Source: Bdellovibrionota bacterium (GTDB taxonomy: Bacteria > Bdellovibrionota_C > UBA2361 > CALJRW01). From it: 64,000 nucleotides of DNA. The stretch spans positions 120,994-184,993 of the forward strand of contig JBGSMD010000030.1 of the NCBI GenBank assembly GCA_041740355.1, in the 5' to 3' direction. The notes beneath the pieces were generated by a model that was not told where the DNA came from, did not search any database, and worked only from the letters and a program-made list of their open reading frames with translations. This document shows, one piece after another, positions 28,531 through 40,500 of the stretch. Position 1 is the stretch's first letter. Each line of letters starts with the position of its first letter. The position numbers and the translations under genes were made by a program.

Positions 28531-30324
28531 ATGAGTACCTTGATCAGTTTGGATTCCGTATCCCACCTAATTGGCAATAAACAGCTTTTTACCGATTTGA
28601 AATTAGCCATTAACGATGATTCTCGTTTGGGGATTATTGGACCAAATGGTTCTGGTAAATCAACATTAATGAAGATTCTAGCAGAGGAAATTACACCAGA
28701 TAGTGGTCGAGTAGTTCGTGGACGAAGTGTGAGAGTAGCTTATGTCCCACAGATGGATAATTTTGACATCAAAAAATCCGCGGAAGAAGTTATGGTTGAG
28801 GAGCTAAGTAAATCATTTACTGATTTAGAAGCTACAACTCGAGCAGGAAAATTTTTAGGAAAAGTTGGTTTTGAAGATTTTAATCAAAAAGTAGGGGATT
28901 TGTCAGGAGGTTGGCGTAAGCGATTAGCCTTAGCAGTTGCCTTAGCAAGTGAGCCAGAAGTTTTATTGCTAGATGAGCCAACTAACCATTTAGATTTGGC
29001 AGGACTTCTTTGGTTAGAGACTCTATTAAATAATGCTAACTTTGCTTGGGCACTTATTTCTCATGACAGATACTTCTTAGAGCAAACAGTTAAAGAAGTA
29101 ATGGAAGTTGCTCCTTGTTATAAAAATGGGATTTTAAAACTTGGTGGATCGTATGAAGTATTTTTAGAAAAGCGAGCTGAATTTTTAGATCAAGAAGCTA
29201 AAGGAATCGCTTCTCTTGCCAATAAAGTTCGTAATGAACAAGAGTGGGCTTCGCGCGCTCCCAAAGCTAGGGGAACAAAAGCAAATTATCGCATGAAAGA
29301 AACAGATCGCCTTGATGCCGAACTGCGAGAGCGTAAATCAAGAGTTACTGGGGATACTGCTAAAGTTTCTTTTACTTCCAGTAATCGTCAGACTAAAGAA
29401 TTAGTAGAGTTTATCAATGTATCTTTTGGATTTGGTGATTTGAAAATCCTTACTCAGGAAAGTTTCATTGTTAATAGCGGAGTTTGCCTGGGAGTCCTTG
29501 GGATTAATGGACAAGGGAAGTCCACAGTCTTGAAATTAATCGGTGGAGCCTTGGAACCAGAAAGCGGTAAAGTTAAACGCGCCGGACATTTAAAGGTTGT
29601 TTACTTTGATCAGCTTCGTGGCTCACTTAGTAATGCTAAAACACTACGTGATGGTTTGGCTGATGGTTATGACCAAGTAGTCTATCAAGGGAAAAGTACT
29701 CATATCATAAGTTGGGGTAAGAAATTTGGTTTTGATCCAGCGGATCATGATAAGCAAATAAAAAATCTTTCTGGTGGAGAACAAGCAAGACTTTTGCTCT
29801 CAATTCTAGTTAGACAAGAAGCAGACTTATTAATTCTTGATGAACCCACTAATGATCTTGATTTACCAATGTTAGAAACCTTGGAAGCAATTCTGATGGA
29901 TTTTCCAGGCGCCGTAATTTTAGTAACGCACGATCGTTACATGCTAGATAAAGTATGCACTAATTACATTGGCTTTGACCAAGAACAGAAGTTGCTTAGC
30001 TTTGCTTCTTATTCTCAATGGCAAGAAAGTCGTGCTCGGGTTCAACATTCCAAGGAAGTGCGGGGATCAGGAAGTATTCCATCTATTCCTGTTACTAAAA
30101 AAATGTCTCCGGAAGATTTACGAGAATATGGACAGATGGAGAAAAAGATAATTAAAGCCGAACAAGAGCTAGCCTTAATCGAAGATCGAGCTGTTAAAGC
30201 GGCCAATGCCAATGATCACCATTTAATGGTGCAGATGGCTAACGAACTTAAAGTTGCCCAAGAAAAAGTGGAAGGCTTGTATCAACGTTGGGATCAGTTA
30301 GAAACTTTAAGTGGAAAGCTCTAA
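28531..30324 (+). CDS. uup: ABC-F family ATPase (Uup-like)
   Basis: Two ABC cassettes (GPNGSGKST/LSGG/LDEPTN; GINGQGKST/LSGGE/LDEPTNDLD), PKARGTK linker, C-terminal coiled coil, no TM. Confidence 0.85.
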   Translation: MSTLISLDSVSHLIGNKQLFTDLKLAINDDSRLGIIGPNGSGKSTLMKILAEEITPDSGRVVRGRSVRVAYVPQMDNFDIKKSAEEVMVEELSKSFTDLEATTRAGKFLGKVGFEDFNQKVGDLSGGWRKRLALAVALASEPEVLLLDEPTNHLDLAGLLWLETLLNNANFAWALISHDRYFLEQTVKEVMEVAPCYKNGILKLGGSYEVFLEKRAEFLDQEAKGIASLANKVRNEQEWASRAPKARGTKANYRMKETDRLDAELRERKSRVTGDTAKVSFTSSNRQTKELVEFINVSFGFGDLKILTQESFIVNSGVCLGVLGINGQGKSTVLKLIGGALEPESGKVKRAGHLKVVYFDQLRGSLSNAKTLRDGLADGYDQVVYQGKSTHIISWGKKFGFDPADHDKQIKNLSGGEQARLLLSILVRQEADLLILDEPTNDLDLPMLETLEAILMDFPGAVILVTHDRYMLDKVCTNYIGFDQEQKLLSFASYSQWQESRARVQHSKEVRGSGSIPSIPVTKKMSPEDLREYGQMEKKIIKAEQELALIEDRAVKAANANDHHLMVQMANELKVAQEKVEGLYQRWDQLETLSGKL

Positions 30325-30355
30325 TCAGTCAGCCTTTGGCGTATCTCGAAAGAAA

Positions 30356-30398
30356 CGACTAGTTTAAAAACAGTATTTTTCAAGCTCGCCTAGCATAT
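30356..30398. repeat. Degenerate copy of palindromic module D
   Basis: CGACTAGTTTAAAAACAGTATTTTTCAAGCTCGCCTAGCATAT resembles 54171-54215. Confidence 0.5.
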
Positions 30399-30446
30399 TA
30401 CGCGGGCTAGCTATTCAAAAATTCTTGTTTAATGTAAGATTCTTTA

Positions 30447-32192
30447 ATGTTAATTGCCAGTTATCTCGCCTATTTTATTGGTCCATTTGTTTATCAGTTG
30501 TTCAGCAGGCTGAAACATGGATTACCAATCCTAGAGGGGTTTATCGTCCTAGCGATAACTGGACTGAGTGCTTCCCATGTTATGCAGTTTATTGGAGAGC
30601 ATAATATTTTTCTGATCGCTGGAATTTTATGCATTGGGCTCTACTTACCAAACATTTTTGAGGGGATTTTTTCCAAAGCCAAAACTGATATTCACAGTTT
30701 TTTACATATCCTTGTAGTTATTGCTTTTCTAGTTCATGTTTTTTTAGAAGCTTCAGTTCTTGGGCATAAAGATAATGCCAGTAATTTTAGTGCGTTAAAT
30801 TCTGGTATTTTAATTCACAGGGTTACTGATGGGATGTTAATCTGGTGGTTACTTCGTCCTAAATATGGCAATAAAATTGCCGGAATTGGTATTACGCTTT
30901 TGATTATTGCCAATCTTGTGGGCTTTACTTATGCCGATAGTTTTCCTCTCGTATCAAAATTTAGAGATTACTTGGAAATCTTAATGGCTGGGATGTTGTT
31001 ACATGTTCTGTTATTTAGTTTTCATCTAAATCCGCAGAACCATAGTCATGGTAAAAAATCATGTTGTAAGTCCGAGCATACTCATGAAAAGCCAAAAAAG
31101 AATTTTTATCGAGGGATCGGATATCTTCTTGGATTAATATTCCTAGTTGGTTTTTTCTATTTTACGAATCATGATCACCATGGACATGATGCCAGTAATC
31201 AAGCAGCTTTTTTCCATAATTTGATAGAACTATTCTATTTAAGTGCTCCCGCTTTGTTAATTGCGTTTCTGCTTTCAGGAGTGATTCAGGTTTTTATTAC
31301 ACTTAAAACTCTTAAGTGGTTTAATCGCGGTAATAAATATGTGCAAGCAATTAAGGGAATGGTCTTAGGATTGCCTTTGCCAATATGTAGCTGTGGAATT
31401 TTACCATTCTATCAAACACTTACCAAAAAAGGCTTAGCACCTGCTGCTGGACTTGCATTTCTGATTGCCACTCCTGAATTAGGTTTGGATGCCTTACTTA
31501 TTTCATTGCCTTTACTAGGTTTTGATTTAACAATTACCCGATTAATTGCCGCGATTTTTTTATCTTTGGGGATCTCATTAATTTTAAGTCCATTCTTAAA
31601 AACTAAGATTACTACCATGGCATCCGTTGAAGAATTAGAAGGAAATTCGGATGAGCCTAAACTAAAACAGATTTGGCGATATGCTACAAAAAAAATTGTA
31701 GATGATATTGCTCCTTTAGTTATGCTTGGAATTGCAGTAGCAGCTCTGTTCGAATTAGTTTTGGATCAATATAATCTGGCAGACTATCAAGGTTGGGATA
31801 TCCTCCTAGCATCAATTGCCGGTGTATTTTTATATGTTTGCGCTAGCGGAGCTACCCCGGTTGTGGCAATCTTTATTGCCGGTGGAGTATCTCCAGGCGC
31901 AGCAATTAGTTTTTTAATGACAGGACCAGCTACTAACTTGAGCACTTTTGCGATGCTTTCTAAAATGCATGGTAAGAAATTTTCAATAGCCTTTGCAGTA
32001 GTCGCTATTATCTTAGCGCTATTAGCTGGTTTTGTTACTAATTTGGTTTTTGAGTCGGCAGGATTATCTTTACAAGAAACCAATAGCCATCAGCATGCTC
32101 ATTATGCTTGGTGGGAGCATTCTGCAGTAGCTATCGTTGGCGTGCTATTTTTATTGTCTTATTTGAGACGGATTGGTCTTCTAAAAAAATAA
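30447..32192 (+). CDS. Metal-efflux permease (ArsP/DUF318-like) with extra N-terminal TM domain and His-rich loops
   Basis: GLPLPICSCGILP, FLIATPELG, YVCASGATP, FLMTGPATN; HSHGKKSCCKSEHTH and HDHHGHD loops. Confidence 0.85.
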   Translation: MLIASYLAYFIGPFVYQLFSRLKHGLPILEGFIVLAITGLSASHVMQFIGEHNIFLIAGILCIGLYLPNIFEGIFSKAKTDIHSFLHILVVIAFLVHVFLEASVLGHKDNASNFSALNSGILIHRVTDGMLIWWLLRPKYGNKIAGIGITLLIIANLVGFTYADSFPLVSKFRDYLEILMAGMLLHVLLFSFHLNPQNHSHGKKSCCKSEHTHEKPKKNFYRGIGYLLGLIFLVGFFYFTNHDHHGHDASNQAAFFHNLIELFYLSAPALLIAFLLSGVIQVFITLKTLKWFNRGNKYVQAIKGMVLGLPLPICSCGILPFYQTLTKKGLAPAAGLAFLIATPELGLDALLISLPLLGFDLTITRLIAAIFLSLGISLILSPFLKTKITTMASVEELEGNSDEPKLKQIWRYATKKIVDDIAPLVMLGIAVAALFELVLDQYNLADYQGWDILLASIAGVFLYVCASGATPVVAIFIAGGVSPGAAISFLMTGPATNLSTFAMLSKMHGKKFSIAFAVVAIILALLAGFVTNLVFESAGLSLQETNSHQHAHYAWWEHSAVAIVGVLFLLSYLRRIGLLKK

Positions 32193-32302
32193 AGCTCTCT
32201 TTTGCGACTATAATTCTATCTTTCCAAGCTACCAACCCTGTTTTATAGTGGTCACTGTTGTGATTTAAACACGCGGTTTTCAATTTCAGAAAGGTTTTTA
32301 CT

Positions 32303-35300
32303 ATGGTTAATCCTCGCCTAGTCTTTACGGCTTTCATTTCTATTGCCATAATTTTCTTTACCAATATTGCTTGCTCCGAAGAGGAAGGACCAGTTAATCA
32401 CGTGGTTCCCTTAATGGATGTTCAGGTTCCACTGATTCCAAATTTAGGTCAATTTGATTCTAGTATTAAATATTCTGCTGGTACTTTTTTAGGTCAGGTT
32501 TTAATTTCCGAAAGTAATTTAACTTATGTCATTCCCAAGTTTGAAGAAAATTCCTTAACTCCCGAATCTGGTGAAATCCCTGCTGTGATTCTTAGAGAAA
32601 GTTTTGTTGGTGTAGAATCCTACAACTTAACAAGTGGTACTGAGGCTGGAATTGCTGCTAATTTTTATAATCAACCGGAAGCATTTTTATCAGATGTAAC
32701 AACTTATCAAGAAGTGAAGGCCTTAGAATTATGGCCAGGGATTAATTTAACTCTAAGAGCGGGTTATTCTAATTTAGAAAAAATATTTGAAGTTGAACCT
32801 GGTATTGATACTCAGCAAATCCAAATTAGTTTTGAAGGACATGAGTCTTTAAGTATTGATTCGGAAGGTCAGTTAGAAGTTGAGACAGGCTTAGGTATTA
32901 TTAGATTTTCAGCACCAATAGCTTGGCAACAATTAGGATCTGAAGCAGTCGCAGTTGAAGTACAGTATCGAATTGTAAATCAGAACGTTTATGGATTTAC
33001 ACTTGGCGAATATAATTCGGATTATCCAGTATTAATCGATCCTTTAATTGTAGCTACTTACATTGGTGGCACTGGAACAGAAAATTTAAATGGAATTGCC
33101 AAGGATAGCTCTGGTAATGTTTATGTAGTCGGCAATTCTAGTGTTAGTAATGGCTTAACTGGCGCACCTTATACTCCACCTGGACCAGGTGTGGGAACTG
33201 TTACTGCTGGGCAAGATGTTGTTGTGTTTAAACTTAATCCACAGTTAACCAGTTTAACTAGTTGGGCAGTCTTAGGTGGAACTGGAACTGATGTCGGTAG
33301 AGACATTGCCGTATCACCTGCTGGAGATGTCTATGTGCTTAGTACTTGCACTGCTCTTTTCCCAACAACAATTGGTGCCTATGACACTTTAGTAAATAGT
33401 ACCGCTGATATTTGTATTTCTCGCTTAACTTCTGGACTTAATACTTTAACGGCCTCAACATTCATTGGCGGTAGTGCTGCTGAAGTAGCTGGAAATATTT
33501 TATATGACAATACTAACAATCGCGTAATTATCTCGGGAACTGCTGGTGCTGCTTATCCAGTAACTTGTACTTTAGAAGGAGTGTGTACAGCATTCCAAGC
33601 GGTGGCATCGACTAGTCCTGATTTTGTTCTTTCGGTTTTTAATCCAAGTTTGAGCACAACTTCCTTACTAAGTTCTACATATTATGGAGGAACTGGAACT
33701 GAAAGTATTCCAGGCTTAGGGTTAACAGCGACTGATACACTCGCCTTAGATAGTGCTGGAAATATTATTTTCACAGGACTAACAGGCTCCTCTGGCTTGG
33801 CTAGTATCGGTGGCTATGATAGCACAGCAATTGCTGGCACAAGTGATGCAATTATTGCTAAGTTTAGTCCAAGCCTATCATTAACTAGTAGAATTGGAGC
33901 TACGTATTATGCGGAAACTAGTGGCGCCACAGTGGAAGCAGGATATGCGGTAGAGGTTGATAGTGCTGATAATATTTATATGGCTGGAACTGTTGCGGCA
34001 AATACAGTTCCCACAACTTTTGGTGCTTATAGTCAATTTCTTCATGGTACTACTGATATTATTCTAACAAAATTTAACAGCACGCTTTCCTCATTATTAG
34101 CAGGAACTTTCTTGGGTGGGACGGGTGTTGATACGCCGACAAGTTTATCACTAGATAGTAATGGCAAATTAATTATTACTGGGAATGTCTCGGCAGCTAT
34201 CGCCACAAATCCAACCGCTTGTTATCCAACTTTTGTCACTTCCACGGAAGGTGTTGTAATTAAGATTTCTACGGACTTAGCAACAGCTTATCAAGCAACT
34301 TATTTTGCAGGCACGGGTGCAAATGAATCAGTCAATGATTTAATTATGCATGATGATTTAATTCATTTTGTCGGAAATACTAATACCACAGGTTTATCGG
34401 GTGGTGTGGATACCGTTATTTCGGGCATCGATGGTTTTATTGCTCGGATGGACGCGGATCTCTGTGTCGCGCCAGCAGTTATTAATATTACCAGCTCTGT
34501 GGCAAATGGAACTTATGGGATTGGAGATATTATTCCGATTGATGTTGTCTTTACTGGACCAGTAAATGCAATTGGAATTCCTGCCTTAACATTAGAAACC
34601 GGAACTACCGACCAAGTTATTAATTATAGTAGTGGGACTGGGACAGCTACTTTGACATTTAATTATACAGTGGTAGCAGGGGATAGTAATGCAGATTTAG
34701 ATTACCTTTCCACATCAGCACTCAGTACTATTATTCAAAGTATTGGTGGAACTGCTGCCAACCTGACCCTATTTGACCCAGGCAATGAGTACTCACTGAG
34801 TCATAATAAAAATATTGTTATTGATGGGACTGCTCCAAGCATACCAAGTGTTAGTGCCCCTTTAACAGGCAGTCAAATTAATGATAGCACTCCAACAATT
34901 GCCGGATTAGCAGAAGTTGGTGCGACTGTTAATGTTAATAATGGCATGCTTAATTTGTGCTCAGTAATTGCTGACAGTTTTGGTGTTTGGAGTTGCACGT
35001 TACCAGCTCAAATTGATGCTACTTATAATCTTAGTATTACAGCAACTGACACTGCTGGTAATGATAGTTCGGTTTTGAACTATTCTCTGATAATAGATAC
35101 AGTTGCACCTAGTGGCATTTCAATTTCTGATCCGACAGCATTATCTATCACTAGTGATCAGACTTACACAGTTATAGGGACGACCGAGGCATTTGCTGAA
35201 GTTGTTGTCACAGAAGGTGCTAATACTCTTTGTAATACTGTAGCTAATGCGATTGGAGACTGGACTTGTACAACTATCTCTTTGATTGATGGGCCACATA

Positions 35301-37492
35301 CAATTATTGCTACTGCTACAGATAATGCTGAGAATACTCTTGCCTCTGGCTCCACTACTTTTTCTATAGACACAGTAGCGCCAAATCCGATTATTATTTC
35401 AGTTCCAAGTAATAATTTTATTACCAATGATTCAACACCACTAGTTAGTGGCGTAGGTGAAACGGGTACTACCATCGAGGTGAAAGAAGGTACAGATTTA
35501 CTTTGCTCTACAGTTGTGATTGCAGGTGCTTGGTCTTGTAGCTCTACTTTATTACTAGAGGGGACACATTTAATTTTTACTGAGTCTGTTGATCTTGCCG
35601 GAAATATGGCGGTAAGTAGTTCTATTTCTTTTGATTTAGATCTTACCTTACCAAATCCACCTATTATTACTTCGCCAGTTAATAATACGACTACTTCCGA
35701 TACAACACCACTTATAAGTGGATCGGCAGAGGCAAATTCGATCATATCAATTTATGATGGAATAACTCTACTTGGTACTAGTATTGCTAATGGATCTGGC
35801 GATTGGTCATATGCGTCTGTTGGAATCCTAAGTGACGGGGTTCATAGTATTAATGTTCAAGCCAAAGACTCTGCCAATAATGATAGTGCGATGAGTGGAA
35901 TAAATTTGATTATCGACACTACGTCTCCAATTATTCCTAGCATTAACTTACCATTAAACGGAAGCAAAACTAATGATACTTCACCTGAACTAAGTGGTTT
36001 AGCAGAAGTTGGCACAACAGTTAGTGTTAATTTAGGACTTACAACATTGTGTACCGATATTGCTGATGGATTAGGAAGTTGGTCATGTACCTTACCAGCA
36101 CAATTAGATGGTGAATATATATTTAATGTCTTTGCAACTGATGATGCTGGAAATAACAGCTTAGTAGTTAATAGTAATTTTGAAATTGATACACTCCCTC
36201 CTACTAGTGTCGATATTTTAGATCCAAGCGAACTTCAAGTTACCAGTGATAATACTTATGGGATTACAGGTACGACGGAAGGCTTAGCTTCGATTACAGT
36301 AAGCGAAGGTCTTAATATTCTTTGCAGCACAAATGCTGATCTTGTTGGTGCTTGGACTTGTAATACTGTAGCTCTAGTCGATGGGGCTCATTCAATAATA
36401 GCTACAGCAACAGACGCAGCTGGTAATTCCGTATCATCTTCGGCAGTAGCCTATAGTGTCGATACTGTTGCTCCCAATTCAGTTGTAATTACAAACCCAG
36501 TTAATAATTTTGTTACTAATAACTCTGTACCAAATATTAGTGGTGTCGGAGAAACTGGTGTTAATATTGAAGTAAATGAAGGCGGCACAACTCTTTGTTC
36601 AACAACTGTTACCGCTGGTGCTTGGTCATGTACATCTTCGGTTTTAACTGATGGTAGCCATGATTTATTTGTTGAAGCTACAGATGCTGCGAGTAATAAT
36701 GCAACAGGTAATATAATTACTTTAAATGTTGATACTTCAAAACCATCGGCACCAATTATTTCTTCTCCTAGTAATAATTCGAATACAGAAGACCGAACGC
36801 CACTTTTTGTAGGAACTGCGGAAGTAAATTCTGTTGTTTCAATTTACGATGGTGCAGTCTTGCTTGGAACTACAAATACAAATAATTTAGGGGCTTGGGT
36901 TTATGCTTCCGGTAGTGCACTTACTGATGGAGCTCATAATATTAATATCAGAGCGACTGATTCAGCAGGCAATGAAAGTGAAAGTACGGCTATAACTTTA
37001 AATGTCATTTCGTTTAGCAATTTACTTTGTCAGGAAGTAAATTATAATAATACTTTGTCAATTATAGATCGTCAGGCATTAAAATTAAATAAAAGAGTTG
37101 CTAGTGCTGGACGTTTAAATCGACAATTAGCTCGTGCTGGTATTTGTAAAAGAGTAACTGCTCAGATAAAAAATGCTAATCGTGATGCTGCAGAGCTTGA
37201 TTATGCTGATATTAGTTTTGTTCTTGCTAATGCTTTACCCCAAGATCAAACATATCAATGTGCTAGTGGATTACCGGCGGGTTGTTCAGCCGTTGAGATT
37301 CAAACTTCAAGGGATAAAATTAATGCCCGTTCCAGTAATATAGAAAATCTAATTAATAAAAATCTCGGAAATTGTCGGGATTTAAATTCCTCAGCACTGT
37401 CTCAGGCGTTGCGCGCCAGAAAACTTGTTATGAAGATTAATTCTAGTGCTTTAGAGATACCGGTGGACCTTAGTTATTGTCCATTATCATGA
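32303..37492 (+). CDS. Large secreted surface protein: SBBP-type beta-propeller region, 8 bacterial Ig-like repeats, basic Cys-bounded C-terminal domain
   Basis: Signal peptide; IPNLGQF...VLIDP then TYIGG/DSSGNVYVVG blades; Ig repeats D.TP.ISG.AE....W.C...A.D.AGN (34823-37006). Confidence 0.88.
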   Translation: MVNPRLVFTAFISIAIIFFTNIACSEEEGPVNHVVPLMDVQVPLIPNLGQFDSSIKYSAGTFLGQVLISESNLTYVIPKFEENSLTPESGEIPAVILRESFVGVESYNLTSGTEAGIAANFYNQPEAFLSDVTTYQEVKALELWPGINLTLRAGYSNLEKIFEVEPGIDTQQIQISFEGHESLSIDSEGQLEVETGLGIIRFSAPIAWQQLGSEAVAVEVQYRIVNQNVYGFTLGEYNSDYPVLIDPLIVATYIGGTGTENLNGIAKDSSGNVYVVGNSSVSNGLTGAPYTPPGPGVGTVTAGQDVVVFKLNPQLTSLTSWAVLGGTGTDVGRDIAVSPAGDVYVLSTCTALFPTTIGAYDTLVNSTADICISRLTSGLNTLTASTFIGGSAAEVAGNILYDNTNNRVIISGTAGAAYPVTCTLEGVCTAFQAVASTSPDFVLSVFNPSLSTTSLLSSTYYGGTGTESIPGLGLTATDTLALDSAGNIIFTGLTGSSGLASIGGYDSTAIAGTSDAIIAKFSPSLSLTSRIGATYYAETSGATVEAGYAVEVDSADNIYMAGTVAANTVPTTFGAYSQFLHGTTDIILTKFNSTLSSLLAGTFLGGTGVDTPTSLSLDSNGKLIITGNVSAAIATNPTACYPTFVTSTEGVVIKISTDLATAYQATYFAGTGANESVNDLIMHDDLIHFVGNTNTTGLSGGVDTVISGIDGFIARMDADLCVAPAVINITSSVANGTYGIGDIIPIDVVFTGPVNAIGIPALTLETGTTDQVINYSSGTGTATLTFNYTVVAGDSNADLDYLSTSALSTIIQSIGGTAANLTLFDPGNEYSLSHNKNIVIDGTAPSIPSVSAPLTGSQINDSTPTIAGLAEVGATVNVNNGMLNLCSVIADSFGVWSCTLPAQIDATYNLSITATDTAGNDSSVLNYSLIIDTVAPSGISISDPTALSITSDQTYTVIGTTEAFAEVVVTEGANTLCNTVANAIGDWTCTTISLIDGPHTIIATATDNAENTLASGSTTFSIDTVAPNPIIISVPSNNFITNDSTPLVSGVGETGTTIEVKEGTDLLCSTVVIAGAWSCSSTLLLEGTHLIFTESVDLAGNMAVSSSISFDLDLTLPNPPIITSPVNNTTTSDTTPLISGSAEANSIISIYDGITLLGTSIANGSGDWSYASVGILSDGVHSINVQAKDSANNDSAMSGINLIIDTTSPIIPSINLPLNGSKTNDTSPELSGLAEVGTTVSVNLGLTTLCTDIADGLGSWSCTLPAQLDGEYIFNVFATDDAGNNSLVVNSNFEIDTLPPTSVDILDPSELQVTSDNTYGITGTTEGLASITVSEGLNILCSTNADLVGAWTCNTVALVDGAHSIIATATDAAGNSVSSSAVAYSVDTVAPNSVVITNPVNNFVTNNSVPNISGVGETGVNIEVNEGGTTLCSTTVTAGAWSCTSSVLTDGSHDLFVEATDAASNNATGNIITLNVDTSKPSAPIISSPSNNSNTEDRTPLFVGTAEVNSVVSIYDGAVLLGTTNTNNLGAWVYASGSALTDGAHNINIRATDSAGNESESTAITLNVISFSNLLCQEVNYNNTLSIIDRQALKLNKRVASAGRLNRQLARAGICKRVTAQIKNANRDAAELDYADISFVLANALPQDQTYQCASGLPAGCSAVEIQTSRDKINARSSNIENLINKNLGNCRDLNSSALSQALRARKLVMKINSSALEIPVDLSYCPLS

Positions 37493-37582
37493 GAATAATT
37501 ATTTCTATTTAGTAATTAATAAGCACCATTATGCTTTTTAGTAGATTTTGTTAGTTTTAATAATTTATTTTTAAAATTACTA

Positions 37583-40500
37583 CTATCCACCATTAACATA
37601 CCGCTCTGTAATATATCTAAAGAGCACATTATTCCAGTAGTGCGTAATCCCCATTGTGTTCAATACTGATATTAATGATTTATTGACATCCCCGTTAACA
37701 GAGCGGTAACCAGAATAGGTCCAAGAGGGGCTAGCATCACAGGCTGTCCATCCTGATTTCCATTCGGGCATACCAATATGGCTATCGCTATATGGTGTCC
37801 TTGGAGGATTGAATGTTGGGCCTTTGATTTTAGAACAGGCAACATCTTCTTTCGTTACAATAAAATGTTGTTGATCTTCATGGAAAATATTGTTTTGAGT
37901 AAAGTTAGCTTGTCTTTTCATGTCAGCATTGTTAAGCGCCTCTGCCGCAATAATGAGTGGTAGCTTTCTACCCATATGGTGTCCCCCATTTGCTCCCCAT
38001 ACCATTCCATCATTAGCTAATCCAGCAACATCAATACCCCACTGAATTAAATGAATTGCTACTTCTTCTTTGTTTTCTGCACCCACATTATAGTTTAAGT
38101 AGGAGGCGGCTTGAATGCTTCCAATTGAGATTTCTCGACCATAAGTTCTGATAAGGCCGTTACTTTTCATTTCTAAATTATTTGCTTTAAATGAAGTATT
38201 AGGATTAGCGGAAGGAGAAATTACAAAATCTAAAAGTGGTCGTTTTATATTTGTAATTATTTTTTGCCGATCTGGCAGTGTTCCGGTAACTGGTAGGTTC
38301 TTAAAAATACCCATATTCACATTTGATCTTCGATATTTAATACTCCGGTCATGCGCTCCTGCATATGCAGGTCTGAAAGCATCTGCGGGTGGGATTTCAG
38401 CTAATACCGTTAAAACGGCGAACTCATTGAAGTACGTAGCAAGTTGTTTGCGGTCTGCTGCTCCTCCCGCTTGTCCGTTGTTTGTAGAAATTGTAGCAAT
38501 AGTCGTACCGGCAGGTATCAGTTTAGAGAGTTTGTCAGCAATATTTAAATTTGAATCGTATCTAACATAACCGCTGTACGAACCGAACCCTTGAGGTCGA
38601 ACAGCATTGGGTCCTTCATTTGCAACGCGTGGATTTAGGGTGGTTCCGTTCCAAACATCGCTATCTTGTACTTTATAACTATAGACTCCATTACTAAAAG
38701 TGACCGCTGTTACTGTAACTTTATTCAAAGTTATAGGCCCCTTTACCCAGTTATCTCCATTGATAAACTTCCCACATTTGTACATCCCATCAAAATACCA
38801 AGTGATACCGTACTGACTAATACTACTGCAATCTTTCACGACTCCTAAGCTACCTTTCTCGGAAGTGCAACTGGCGTTTGTACCACCAGATTCGCCTAGG
38901 CATTCCCACAAGTATTGTGTTGAATTATCAGCCAAATCTCGAAATGTTCCGCTGTTACAATAATTGATGCTACTTCCACAGGTTCCGTTCTGAGGTGGAA
39001 TTATAATTACTGTTGGAGCAGATATCTCAAAAATTTTATAGCTGCCACTTTGGGAAAAAACTCCAAGATTATTCAATAAAGCTACTTGCGATTGGCTAGT
39101 CCTAAATGAAAAGTTATCAGCAATTAAAACAGGATTTCCACTACCAATTTTAACAGAGGCTGAGTATTTTTTGAGTGAAAGATGAATATCAATTGAAATA
39201 ACATAAGTAATATTGTTGCTGTAAGGAACTGAAGTCAAGCTTGAGTATGTGTCACCATTTCGAGCATCAATAAATCCAGTGTTTGCAAAACGTATGATAG
39301 GAGCAAGAGAATCGTAATTACTTGCTACTCCATTTGAAAACCCCAATACGGAATCTATATTGTTGGCTAGTGGAGTAACCTTGGCAGTTAATCTAAAGCT
39401 TCCTGTTTGATTAGAGAACGATTTATTTTGCCAATTGCTGGAAGAAATAATTTCTCCAGGGACTGGGGGTGGCGAAGGAGTTGCCGTTCCTGTTGGAAGA
39501 ATTGGAGTCGCCGTTGGTGAAGGTGAAGGTGATGGTGATGTCGGTGTTGGGGTTCCTGGAGGAAGAATGGGTGTTGCTGTTGGTGATGGATTAGGCGTCG
39601 GTGTCGATGGAGTTGGTGTACTTGGAGGAAGAATTGGAGTTGCTGTTGGTGATGACGACGGTGTCGGAGTAATTAAAGCTACCGGGGAGGTAATATCAAA
39701 TACTTTAAGAGAACCACTGTAGGCAAATATCCCCAAATTATTTAATTCTGTTACGCTAAATTGGGAACTTCGAAAGGCATAGTTTGTAGCAATCTGATAG
39801 GTCTGATTAAGATCATTTTTTGCCGTAGCTGAATATTTTCTGGATACTAAATCTACATCTAGAGTAATAAGATATACTTTACCCAATACATAATTTAGGC
39901 TTTCTTCAGCTGAATATGTGTAACCATTACGAGCTTCTATTTGGCCCGTAGTATTTAGTCGGATAATCGGACCAAGAGAATCATATTCTGAAGCTAAGCC
40001 ATTTGATAAGCCTGTAACAGCATCGATATTATTTTCCAGTGCAGATATCTTAAATGAGATACGAAAATTAGATGTTTGCCGAGCAAATCCTTTATTATGC
40101 CAACGACTTGAAGATACTATTTCATTAGGATTTACTGCTGAAGGCGTAGGTGAAACTATTGGCGTCGGACTAACGGTTGGAGTTGGTGTAGTTGTAGGAC
40201 TATTTGTTGGCGTTGGAGAAACTGTCGGTATTGGTACTACCGATGAAACAGGAGTTGGTTCCAAAATTGGCGCGGCTAAATAAAAATCTATCTTTAATAC
40301 CTCAGAATCTTTTGACGTAAGGTGAATTTTACCATTCTGATTGTTAATAGTTTTGACTGCGAGAACTTTCAAATAATACTCAGACCCATCAATTAGCTCT
40401 GAGAGCTCATGAGAGTTAGATGTTGTCTTACCCTGCAATAAATAATTTGAACCATCTTGACTGGTGTATATTAAAAAATAGTCAGCCAGGCCTTGCCAAG

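Noticed and set aside
39460-40260. Short-period DNA repeats (GGTGTTGG/GGAGTTGG-like)
   Set aside because: Explained by Pro/Thr/Ser linker coding with varied synonymous codons; not a contingency locus or DGR repeat pair, and no reverse transcriptase is present.
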